From Orbicella franksi (Eukaryota), in contig OZ116700.1 of NCBI GenBank assembly GCA_964199315.1, forward strand, positions 10,106,001-10,170,000: DNA of 64,000 nt, in the 5' to 3' direction. The notes below the pieces were generated by a model. That model was not told where the DNA came from and searched no databases. It saw nothing but the letters and a program-made list of their open reading frames with translations. Positions 10,145 to 22,571 of the stretch are shown piece by piece. Position numbers and translations under genes: made by a program. Each line of letters opens with the position of its first letter. Within the stretch, counting starts at the first letter, position 1.

Positions 10145-13100
10145 CAGTGAGATCTGTGGTATCTTCTCGGTGCGAGGAGTAATGCTTCTTTGCCTTCGTA
10201 TACGTGGCTTTTAAAACAGCTCTGCCACTCCTATAGCTAATAAGCTGTCAGTATACATAATTTATCACAATGATAGACGTGAAGGTCCATTTACCCATAT
10301 AATACTACTACGCAATTAGACAGGTCACGGGGTATAAGGTGACGGATATTTCTTGCTGTCCAATAAAATTTTCAAAAGAAATATTAAAAGAAAAATTAAG
10401 CAAAGCCTAGACAACATAGAATTTAACTTGATCTCATACAATATTTCGCCTCGCCACTACCAGTATTCTTCAGGCATACAGCCAGAGCAAGATAACAAAA
10501 TATTTTGCAAGCAAGCACTTTTTAGGGTATCGATCGCGAAATTACAGCGTAATAACATATACGTTGGATAAGTTGACAGGAGGTTGATTCAAGTGTTTTA
10601 GTCTAGCTGGTTAATTAGAGTGGTTTTCCAGACGTGCCTGGCTCAACAGAGTCTCTAGAAAAAAAATTTTTTCCAACAGGAATGAGTTGCATGTCGGTAG
10701 AACAATGATTAGGGGATAAAAGAAAGTGTTTTTCACGGTTGTATGATACCTCTTGATGTTAGAAAGACTAGTAGTGGGCAGGAAAGATTTTTCAGTTATT
10801 GAGCGAAGCAAAAAGACAAACATCATCCATAATTAATTCAATTCGTAAGTCAAGTCTGTTTTGACGTGCCTAAGCGTGTTGTATTATTCGAATTTCTTTC
10901 TTTCTGTTTTAAAACTAAGAAAACGATTTAATTTTTCCTTGAAATCTTTAGCTTACAGTCATATGAAAAACAAAATTAAAACTCCTTTTCTGTTTCATTA
11001 TGACATGTAATTAGGAGTAACTTTATATGAGTCAAATTGTGAATCTTCGTTTATTTAAAACCATTAACTAATTGAGTTCCTAAATTTATTCGAATATTGT
11101 TGATCACGACTAAATTTGAAAACACTAAGTCTTGAATCTTATAAGTGAATGACATTGAGATAAAACAACTTCGCTGTTATTATTTCTATCGATTTATACA
11201 CATTTGTATGGAAAGCAAAGGACGAGAACGATTTTGGGCTAAATCGTATTCATCATTTATAACCTCGTTTCGGCAAGCTATTAACAAATTTCGGTATATA
11301 AGGTTACGAACACATTTCAGGTGTAATTTTAATGCAGATATTCTTATTCGTAGAGAAGGACTTGGTTTTACTCTTAAAATCAACAGCACACCAGAGAGTT
11401 TGTTTAGTTTGACTTATTTCGAATTCAGCAAAAGAGCTTATGGAAATTTTCACTGAACTACTCGAAGTAGTTTCGACAGTAGGAAATATGAGCTTCCGGG
11501 AATATGAGCTGATGGCAGCTATCCCTTAAAATAAGTGCAGGCATTAGCATTTCTACTCAAGACACTTGCCACAGATTTTTTTTTTTTTACATGTGGCGTA
11601 ATTGAGGCCGTGTGGAAGTTTGCCTTCGTGAACGGCACTAAGCACCACTAACAAATGATTGCATTTGGACATTGTTACCGAGAGGTTCACATCTTTTCAT
11701 TATAGTTTATCTCAACAATTCATGAACTTTGTCCTTATAAGCAATCTATGAAGCTCACAAGACAGTTGCACCTGCTATGAAAAAGCTACCTGTGAGACTT
11801 TTTTTTCCCACTCAATCAGCTCTCTTTAAGCTACCAGCTCCCTAGCCCTCAGACAATACTAGAAGTCGTGTAAAAGTACACCGTTTTAACCCCCAGTAAA
11901 AGTGTACAACTTGAAACGCCCCTGTTTACAGCCACGACTATAGTTCTGAGCTTTTCAATGTTTGATTGCTCTTGTGTGGCTGCCTGTGACAGACTGTTGC
12001 AAAACATTCTGCACTGCATTACAAACCATCCACAACTCCCAATAAGATTTCATGTGATGGCATGTTTGACTTTCTCCTAGAAGAACGACTTTTTTCTTTT
12101 CAATGTGATCACTTCTGAAATTTCATTTTTGTCAGCGAACAGTCCCAGTGTCAATCACTTTCTTTAAAAATCCAAGGTGTTCGTCTTCGAGAGCTTTGAC
12201 TGTACCTTAAAAACAGGGAATCTTTACAAAAGCAGGCAAAGAGGGAAGCCTTAAACCCGGGAAGCTTAAAAACGAACAAACATAAAGACGACAACCTTTA
12301 AGGGGCGGAGATTGGCTTTACGACTCGGCGCATGTGCAAGCCATACGTACGCTCATTTGATTCCACTATTTATTAAACAATCGACAGCGAGCTGAAGACT
12401 AGTAGGAAAATTTCGAATTCCTTTAAAAATTGTGGCGGCCGTTCGTGGTAACGCTGCGGTCGTGATTATATTTCTCATCGCAATTCCCTTTTTTATGTTT
12501 TGAATTGCAAGCACCACTCAACTCCACAGTTTATGGACCAATCGGATGCGCGCAGATAAACTTGAGCACGTGTCCAGAATAAAGCCTCCAGCGCGAATAA
12601 CAGAAATTCGTTGGTCAAAACTAAATCCGTCGACATCTTTCGTTAGAATTGGCCATCCGTCATTCTGCCTGTACAAGCTATATAGTTTGTGATTGCTGAA
12701 CTACACGTGGTTCAGTAAGAAAGTCGAGAAAGTTAAATCAAGCTTACGGCATAGCTTGTACACTTGCGCCGAAACGTGAAATTATGCCTTCAAAACCCGG
12801 GGATTCTTTAAAGTGGGGAAACTTTAAAACGGGATATCATTGTAGTGAAAAGTCAAACAGGAAATCTTTTTCCTCGCAGCGAGGAAAGTAGAAAGTAGAT
12901 CCAATCAAATTTGTCGATGGCCTTTCCGCCAAAAAGAACTAACATGCAAGAAAAATATCCAGGGGGTGGGGAGTCTCGTGTCCCGTCCACACTCTAACGC
13001 AGGGCAGCTCGTAGTCTATTGGAATGGCGTATGCTGACTGCTTTAATTTATACCCCGAAAACTTCTCTCTGCAAGTGAGCGTTTGGACTCATTTGAAAAT

Positions 13101-14983
13101 CAGTATTGTAAAGGAGCTGGTGGTGCTAAGTATCCATGGAAACGATAAGAATGCGAGACAGCTAAAGTCCTGTAAATGGTCCTTTTTTTCTCTCCTTGGA
13201 AGCGCTATTTAAAAAGAAAAGGCTTCAACATCAACAAAAAATAAATATGTTTAGAAAAGTTTTCTATTCACGTGTATTTTGAAGAGGAATCGAAGGGATG
13301 TCACCTCAGCTTGGAATTGGAGTAGTCAGAGAAATAACAGTGAACGCATCCTTGATTTTAAAAACAGGTACCAAAAATTCACCTTCAACTCATAACTTAT
13401 TCATTGCTTGTGGATCGACGTTTGAAAGTCTCACTAAAACCGTGCGTCTTGCGATCGTAAGGGATATAATAACAAGTGAGTTTTGAAACAGGCAAATATT
13501 GAAAGAAGCCGTCTGCTGTTAGTCGATTCAACACTCAGGTGGGAGAGAGAGGCGAGACCAGTGTTTAGAACGATTCTTTATTTTGGTGTGAGATGAAAAG
13601 CCTGTGGTGGAAATAGATTTGCTAGTAAAGGGTAGGTAACGGGTTGAATAAGGAACTCTCCTCCGAAATCCCTAGCTTGTAATTACAAGGTAGGGATTTC
13701 GCATCAGAACATTGTTCAGTTTTACAACTGATAACTCTAGTCTGTTTTCCGGTCTTGTAATACAAAACGAAACGAGAAGTTTCTGTTAAACACACATTTT
13801 GGTGCTCCAAATTGTGAACACAAAAGAGAATGCGATACTCGGGAAGAGAAACCGAAAAGTCCTGATAACATAGCTTGCAAAAAGGGGAACCTCGGGGAAA
13901 TATGAACAAAATTTGACTGAAGATCAAACTTTGCAAGCTAACTTTCCTAAAAAACAAATCGAACATTACGATCAATGTGTCAGAAGCTTTAAAAACTTTA
14001 AAACCATCAACAGGTCATCTTTTCTCTGGTATATTCAAAGTGAATTTGAATTTTACCGGTACCACTGTCTGATGTTACTTGTGGTTTAATTTTTCTTTCT
14101 GCTAGTTTTCTAATTCGTTTGACGAGTGAAAACGCACACGAACAAGACTTAAACCAACTTTTTACTATAATTTTGGCGTCTCACTTCAAAATGTTTGATT
14201 TAAAAAATGAAACATGAATATTTTATACGCGGTAGATGTTATTCATGCAAGAATCAACGCTTTCTGAAAACGTTCAGTGAACCATTTTAAATTTTCGCTT
14301 GGCTATAAAATAATGGTAAAATAGCTGCAAAAGTAACAATAACCCCATCTACCATCATTTTTGTATTTGCCAAGCTTTTGAAACAGCTTAGAGGAAAATG
14401 CCAATGCAGAGATTCCACATAACGGTCAAATAAAACATTCTAATTGTCCTGATTTCAACATCATTTATCCACTTTGGTGTTCGCCTCTAATGGTTTGCAT
14501 TTTGGATATTATGAGATAAATTCTCACTGCACTAAAACATCTCAACGGGTAAATATAACGAAAGAACTGAAAAAAACTTAGTATTCAACTAATTCTAACA
14601 ACTGACAACTGAAAACGTGCGTTACAGTCCTCTACATCTTCGATAAAAAAAGTATTAGCTTGGTTTGTTGATCGCATGGGCGGGACTATTTAACATCACC
14701 AATAAACGTGGTAAATATCCTCTTTTATTCTACGATTAATTTCTGCTGAGCGAAAAAAAGGAAATTTGGGACGAAAAGTCAAAGCAGAAGAAAGACTATG
14801 TTTTATTCTTTATGATATTAGACATACATTTTAATAACATTATATTACTGTGGGTAAATGCGCGAATTAAGTCGTTAAAACACGATCATGATAATTATTT
14901 CATATACGGACTATAAGTTTACAGTTTTTTAAAATAGTCTAAATGCTGATATTACTTTTTTTCTTTATAGGGGACTTCGTATC

Positions 14984-17900
14984 ATGAACATTACCACAAC
15001 CTTGGCATGGCTAATTACAGCCCATTTTATCCATGGGCTCATAGGTGAGCTACACTCTGCAAGACCCTCCAAAAGGCCCTTTTGCACTGTGATGACCGAA
15101 TAACGGTATGAAATCCGAGCGGCAATGCCCTCAAAAGCGGAAGAAAAAGAGTAAACGCCTAGGAAAAAAAATGAAATTTCTTACTGAACTTAAGAGCATG
15201 ATATGGTAAATTAGATACATTCACCAAAATAATAATAATAAAAAAAGATGAATCTATGACTATTTCATTTTGTAAAAGAACGACATCTACCCTGTACAAG
15301 GTTACTCTCATTTTTACGTTTGCGGATGATGCCCCTAATGTCCAAATATATTTTTAATGAAAGCCATTGAACAGCACTAGCATGTGGTGATACTCGGCTC
15401 ATATCTGCAAAATTAAACTGGCTTGGGAATTTTTTTTTTTTTTTTTGTAACTCTTTGACATTTAGCTTTATTCTAACTAGCCACTCTCCCGCGTTCTTCT
15501 CCTTATTCAGGTCTTCCAATAGACCGAGAGCTTCTTCGTGTTAAAAGGAAGGGAGGAGGAGAGTTTGGCAACGGCGAGGAACTCATCAACAAAGTAAGAA
15601 GATCACAAGACGACAAAGAAACTGAGATCAGGCACAAAAGACGATTCTTTGCCATAGACACCACTGAACATGAATCACAGGAAAGTTACAAAACCAAAAT
15701 GGAGGCGAGATCGTCCCGTTCATCCCGCGAGGATAATGACATCACAGCAAAACGACCCGAGAGATTTCGACTCAGAATTCACAAGAGAAGCCAAGACGAA
15801 AGCTCTTCGATCAAAGGCGATACCATTTCTGGTTCCGGCCAACAACCAGAACCAGGCACTTCCGGTTCCGGGTTATGGAGCGGACCTTTGCTGCACTCAA
15901 AGAGAGACGATAAGCGAAGCATGAGTTCAAATTCGCTTGACAGCCTCATTGCAACATTACGGGCGATTAGCTCTCTCGCTCCAGAGGATAATGACAATTC
16001 AGATAAAGAGATCGAGTCCTCGGGATCTGGTTTATGGCTAAAACCAGACAATGCAATCGATGATAAACTGCCGCAGTTTTTCAACGAGGAAGCAAGCTCT
16101 GGGAGCGGAGAAGACGCCGAGAAAGCTCTGAACATGTTGAGCGAAACGGCGCAAATGGAACTAAGCAAAAATGGGGATGAAGTCAGCAGTGACTCAGCAG
16201 TAAGCGAACCAAGGGTTAGCGGCGAGGAGGAGAAGCCAGATAACGGCGGGAAATTGTTCCGACGTGACGTGAAGAGTGATTCACTGGCGGACGATTTAGT
16301 AGCTGCCGCTGAAAACGACGATAAAAGTGATGATTCTGAACAGGAGGATCATCTGTCTCCCTCATCAGGATCAGGAGATGAGAAGCAGGAAGCCGAAGAT
16401 GAAATGTCGCAACAGCCAGATGAAGACAAAATTAAAGAACAACCGGACATAAAGACAACACGAGCGTTAGCGGATGCCCTGCTCCCTAACGCGTTTTTTC
16501 GCGTGAAGAGATCGTCTCAAGAAGACGCCATGCTGCTGTCTGAGAGCAACCTAGGTGAAAATGACGCCTTGGTTAGCAACAGTCTTGTAGCGCGCTTTTA
16601 CCGCGACCAAGACGCCCTCGCCGACGCACCGGACATTACGGAAGCTTCGGTGGCATCCCTTCCTAGCGAGACCGAAGCTGTTTCCAGCCTCGATAAAAAA
16701 GTAAAGCCTGCAAAACGAGAATCGTATTACGATCACTCCGGAGACTTCTCAGAACCGAGAGTTGTGTACACAAGGGAGATAACTGAGGCCCGCGATCCAA
16801 TCATAGAGCGGCCAGCAGTCTACTCACAGAGTATGGACGAGAGCGAAATGGATTCGAGTTTTGGAGGCGATGATGATGATGACGATGACGCTACTCTGAC
16901 GATTCATGAAAGAGAGATTAGAGAAGATGGTACGGTGAATAAAATAGAATATTCAGTGATTGTTTGTACAAGCAAAGAAAAATAAGGGACAATAAGGGAA
17001 TTTAAAGATGCGGGAATGTTTGTGAAAATGTAAACTTAGATTGTTCACCATAAAAAATAATCGATGGACTTCGCAAAGCGTCTGTGAAGACCAAGTGATT
17101 TTTGTCTGTGGGTCGCCTGTTTGGTGGGCATTCGTTAAGTCAATGATTAACCCTTAGTATTTTGACAAACTATTATAGCTTGTCAAAGTAATAAGCCTCA
17201 CTATTCGTACAAATGTATAGCAAGAATAACAACTATAACATACTACCGTCAAATTTCTATTTTTACAAAAGGGAAATTGTCAGCATTCAGGGGCGAAGCC
17301 ATGATATTTTTTTAAAAGGGGGGGGGGGGGTCACTCTGTGTGAAAGTGAGGGTACTCACCGGATTGTCGTGTCGTTTTCGCCACCTGTTGTAGGTTGTTT
17401 GCTTAAAAAAGGCATACAAAGGGGGGAGGGGTCACGGGGAAACTCCAGGACCCCCCTAGCTACGGCCCTGGTAGTGGAGTGGAAACAGTGCCTCAGTACA
17501 AAAGGGCACTCACTTACATATTTGTTATACATGGATATCTTATATCTATATAGGATATGTTGGTTGCTACGAAGACAAGTCTCCTGACCGCGATCTTCCC
17601 ACAATTCTTTCGGTGCCAAACCTGACTCCTGACTCGTGCCGCAGTGCATGCCAGGGAGCTGGTCACGCGTATGCCGGAGTGCAGTATGGGTATTTGTGCC
17701 GGTGTGGTGACTCGTACGGTAAATACACCAAGGTATCGGATGAGGAGTGCAATGCGCTGTGTGTTGGGGATCGTGCTCAGAAATGTGGTGGATTCTGGAG
17801 GAGTGCAGTATTCACGACCGGTAAGTGGGATCTACCGCTTTTCAACACTTATGTAGAGCTCCATCGGGTCAGGAAAAATACAGCAACAACAAGCTAAGAT

Positions 17901-19449
17901 TCTGCAACTTGGAATGGTTCTTGGTAAACCAAATACCCTCCACCTCCATGATTAATAAATTATGATCCTTCCCTAATTTAAGTTATCAACGGGTTTAACT
18001 ATTGACCACAACATGCCAACCGAAAAATGGGATTAATATTTACTGTGAAACATCAGTCTGAATAGGTGTTAGCGTCGAGGGTTCCATGGATAAAGTTTAA
18101 ACTTAAACCCGAAAATTGCCAAATGAAGGGCGTTTAATTGTCACTTTTAAATGAGGGTCTCAACGAGTTGAAATGTTAAGGGTTCAATGGACTGTCAACC
18201 TTTATAAGGTCGCCACCTTAATGTGACCTACTTAAGGACAGCAAACCATCTTTTTTTCCCCGGGTAATGTTCTTTGCGGTTGCGATGAATACCATAATGC
18301 TATAACATATCTTCCCCTCATTTTCCAATACACAGCCGGAGCAATGCAACCCTCAAAGCGCGGAAACTTCTTCCACATTGAAAGCGTTCAGCCAATGACA
18401 GAAGGTATGGTGCTGACATTTCAAATCTTTTGTCCACAAACTAGAAATTACTAGGTTTATAAAATTTATTTTTTCTGCGACGTTCGGTTTTCATTTTAGA
18501 TATCTTCGACATACCCCGAAGTGAAATCGCCTCAGGGGTGCACGACGCACAGGAACACCAGTCATCAACCATACTAACAGAAACCTCGCATGTGACAGCC
18601 TCAGCACCCCTAGCTCCTGAGCTATCAGCATCACCTGCCTCGGAAGCTACCACACCCGAGTCATCTGGAGCATATATTCAGGAGATACACCGTGAAACAT
18701 CCCTACAAGAATCTCCAGTGCCATCAACTCCGGCGCAAACCGCCAAACAGGAAGATTCTGCTGCGCATGCCTCTGGTGACTCTACTCCGCTGACTCCTGA
18801 GTCCGAACCTGCAAATGACCCTACAACTGCGCATACTCCCGACGTCGTATCTGCGCCAGCGATCTCATCTAAGTCTCCTTCTCAAGCCTCTCTCTCATCA
18901 GAGTCTAAACCGTCTCTAGATCCGCCCACTGTAACCAACGACCAGCCACCGAAAATTGTTCGCCCTGGGAACAATCAAGCACCCCAAGGTACCCATGTGA
19001 GTCAGCTTGTGTATCTGCATCAGCAACAAGACATTTTATCCAAGCCGACCCCGAAAGCAGTCATCGCTGTGGCTCCTGGGAGGGTGAAAGCGGGAAGTAA
19101 GTTCGTAAAGTCTTAGATGTTAGCAAAAGCTGAACCACATGTGTAACCAAACTGTACCAGACTTCCGTGTGGGCTAATTTGCAAACCTCTATTCCAAAGG
19201 TCTTAGAAGGAAGAATGTTGACTGAACAATAAATTCTCTCGTGCCATTTTGTTTTGTTTTGTTTTGTTTTTTTGGTTTTTTTTTCAATTAAATCTTTGTT
19301 TTTGTTTCACTTCCAGCTATAGCATACACAGGAACAATCAAGCTAAAACAGAGCTGGCTGGATCAGTTTGAGGATGGAAATAGTGCGGAGTCAAAAATTC
19401 TAACGGGGAATATCGAGCAGGCGGTAAGATTGACCGTTTCAATTCCTTC

Positions 19450-19518
<69 letters not shown>

Positions 19519-22281
19519 GATACCCTCAAACACCATTTGTTTCACAAACATTACGCATCTTATTTTCATCTCCTGCAGATGTTTCGCATTTTATATTTCA
19601 TATCATTTTTATAATTCCTTGGTACGTTGATTTATTTCATTTTCATTTTAATGTAACTTATTTAGTAGTATTAGTACCGAAAAGCCCCCATGGGGAGTGC
19701 TAATAAAATTTGTATTGTATTGCATTACATTGCATTGTATGTTGATTAATTGATTAGGCCAAGAACAAACGTCAACCTTTAAATGAGCCGCAACGTATGA
19801 AAATGCGCAAAAACACGTTTTTGCTCATAAGTTCAACGAGTGACCACGGGCAAAATGTCATTCATCTTAGCGCCAATCAGTAACACAACCATCACCAATT
19901 TCTGTTGCCCATGGCTAGGCGTGCTGCCTTTCACAGCAAAAAATTCATCTGAGCTAATTTTTTTAATTTGAATTCGTAGCGGGATTCACGAGTGTTGTGT
20001 GGTTTCTGTCTGGTGATTAGCAGTTTTTCCCTGACGATAGAAAAACTCCAAAGTCTATTAATGCCAAGGGTGTTGGTTACGTACAAGTAAACTAATGACA
20101 TTCATTTTGCTCCACAGTTTAAGCGTATTTTCAAGAATGAGCCCAAATTTGTTAATGCTGAGGTGGTAGGCTTTAGGTAAGACACTACTGAGAAAATCGA
20201 TAGAGTTTGCATGAAATGAAATACCATATGTAATGCTGCGTGGTGCGGCGATGTAGTGTAATGAGACCACTTCATTGCAGTGCCTTGTATTAATTTCATG
20301 TGTTGTTGGATGTTTACTAAAATCGTAGAGCTGAAAAAAAAAAAAAAAAAAGAAACACCCTGCATTTTGATTAGCGACATGCTACTCGGTTGAGAGAACT
20401 GACAACAAGTCACCACAAAAAAAAAAAAAAACCTTGAGATTGGGTTACTAAATACGGGAATTAAAATCTATCTCATATTCGGAGATCCAGGTATCCGAGT
20501 TAGGGGAAAGTCAAACGGATGAAAGCAATGAGAATAAAAGTTGGTAAACGTTTGTTCGCACCGCTTTCGCCCGTTTAACGTTTACATACTTAGTTGTAAA
20601 GCTGATAAGACGTTAATCATCAGAATCAATGGGAACGCATTCGGATTCTCATTCGATTTACAGGAATCAGCTATTTATTTTCAATTTGCTCCATGCCTTA
20701 AAAGCAAACAAATCAACAAACCACAACAACAACCTCTATGTATAAGTTCAAGTTTGAGATCGTTTGACAACTGTACTTCAGCTTACTGTCGTGTTTATGG
20801 AGATTGCTCGCGCACATAAACCAACGCAACGTCTTAAAACAACTACATTTCTACACTTATCCATTCTATTCTTTAGGGAGGGGCTGGTGAAGCACAACCC
20901 TAACACTATTCGAAAAGTCATAGCACCTTTCATCTTAACGTTCAAGAATGGCGTCAAAGGCATCGAAGAAAAGTTGAAGAACATGGTACAGAACTTGGGA
21001 AAACTGGACGACATGCCAGTCTACAAAGATTCCCTTCAAATAGCTGGTAAGTAAACAACAGATCGTGATATTAGAACGCAAGTAAATTCAGTTTCATTGG
21101 AAGCCCTTTTTCGATCACTTCTTGAGCCTACGGGTTTAGTCAGTTGATAAGAAACATGACATATATTGTAGCGACATGCTCACATGGCAAATTTTCCGAG
21201 TCAACAATCTTTAAAGCAGGATTTCTTTAAGCTAGCGTTGCAAAATGTTCCACTGAATGAACGAAAGGAGGCAGAGGGCGAGGCCGAAAAAGCCTTTTTA
21301 GACCCAGTGTTAGTACCTACAAGTTTCTTTACTTTTTGGAGATATTAATGGAAAATAATTTTCTTTTGGTTTGAAGAATACGGCCATTCACCAGCTGCAG
21401 AGAAGGCAAAGACTGTAAACGAGATGAGCAAAGCTAAACACGAAGACCAGGATGAGAAGCGAAGTGCTGTGAACGTTCCAAGTAAGAAATGATTAGTTTA
21501 AAGAACGTCAGCAACCAGTTTTGTTAATCAAAAATTGACGAAACAGCGTAACGGTGCTACTTTCAAAACATGGATTCTTGCTGTGAGGCAAAATGCCAGA
21601 TTTCCACTTAATTTCCAACAAATGTCTAGTCCTCGTTGGTTCAAGGTTTGAAACGTTTTGGGGTTACCTTTTCCCTACACCTTAGTCACTCTAGCTCCAA
21701 ATATTCGTGTAGACAGACCGATTCCTATCAAAGGTATAATTCTAGTAATATATCAAACACGAAAGACCGTGTTTGACCACATTTCCAAACACCGAGGAGA
21801 GAGTCGAAAATACGACGCGCAGCAGAGTTGACGAACTTTGATGTGTTTGGATATGTGGTCAAACACGGTCTTTCGTGTTTGATATATCTTCTCAATCGAA
21901 ACTAAAACTAAGGAGTAAATGGAGAATCAAAATCGTAAAAATGTATGTTAATTAAGATCAGATATCCAAACACCGTCAAGGTCCTGATTTCCTGAGTTTG
22001 AGAATGTAATTGCAAAACCTCATAACACCCTGTCGTATGAGCTTCTGGCGCACGCCTGACGTTGCCTGGTCATCCTCCACCGTCTGAAACAGATCGTGCA
22101 GTTAGTTAGTGTTTCGGAACAAATGAATTTAGGGTCCGTCCACACGTATCCGGATATGTTGGAATCTGCAACTTTTTCTTTCCGGATACGGCTTCTGTCT
22201 ACACACATCCGGCAAAAAAGTTGCGGATTCAAAAATATTCGGCAGCGATCCGGATATTTCTGGATCCGCTCTCCAGAGTGG

Positions 22282-22316
<35 letters not shown>

Positions 22317-22571
22317 GCAACGAATCCGATAACGTATGGACGGTGAATCCGGATATTTTTGAATCCGATGACGTAGCAAAATCGTGTCTAGTCTCTTACC
22401 GAACAATAAACCAATATGGCGGTACAACGTGTAGGCCTAGTTTCTCCAGAGTGATTTCGGATAGCATTGGATGCGTGTGGACGGGGCCTTAGACTAATTT
22501 CAGATCTCTCTTTTTCAGACGGTGGCGTTGATCCATTTCTTAAAGGCATCTTTAGTCAAATTTCGACGTGA
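14984..22571 (+). CDS. Secreted acidic Ser-Gly-rich protein with WSC domain, mucin-like Pro/Thr/Ser stretch and SEA domain, 9 coding exons, about 974 aa
   Basis: Exons 14984-15044 (MNITTTLAWLITAHFIHGLI signal), 15511-16929 (acidic, SGSG motifs, KR/RR sites), 17554-17820 (WSC: YVGCYED..CRSAC..YAGVQYG..CRCG..C...C.G...KCGG), 18336-18404, 18500-19096 (PTS-rich), 19317-19423 and 20782-21046 (SEA: YTGTIKLKQSW..D.NS..IEQALTVVF..FREG..FILTF..GKLDDMPV), 21395-21481 and 22519-22571 (stop). Joined length is 2925 nt and all phases match. The last two exons are less certain. Confidence 0.82.
17288..17469. mobile_element. Short MITE in intron 2 of the WSC-SEA gene
   Basis: Imperfect TIR caggggcgaagcca ... 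tagctacggccctg around a G-rich interior. Confidence 0.55.
19450..19517 (+). repeat. (AAT)n microsatellite
   Basis: About 22 uninterrupted AAT units in the intron that splits the SEA domain. Confidence 0.95.
21748..21887. mobile_element. Foldback MITE segment
   Basis: Approximately 45-bp inverted arms: atatatcaaacacgaaagaccgtgtttgaccacatttccaaacac and its reverse complement. Confidence 0.8.
22132..22488. mobile_element. PIF/Harbinger-type MITE
   Basis: TIR gggtccgtccacacg ... cgtgtggacggggcc, flanked by TTA on both sides (3-bp TSD typical of Harbinger). Confidence 0.8.

Noticed and set aside
15860-16045. GLW motifs (SGSGLWSG, SGSGLWLK) as a GLWamide neuropeptide precursor
   Set aside because: Cnidarian GLWamides need GLW-G followed by basic residues; neither copy has the amide-donor Gly and cleavage site.
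15779-16168. 129-aa minus-strand ORF (also 16551-16736, 18441-18653 and 20778-21014)
   Set aside because: Antisense shadows of exons of the WSC-SEA gene.
19338-19569. ORFs with poly-Ile and poly-Tyr
   Set aside because: These are translations of the intronic (AAT)n microsatellite.
22020-22427. ORFs with poly-Phe or poly-Lys
   Set aside because: They run through a poly-A tract inside a Harbinger-type MITE.
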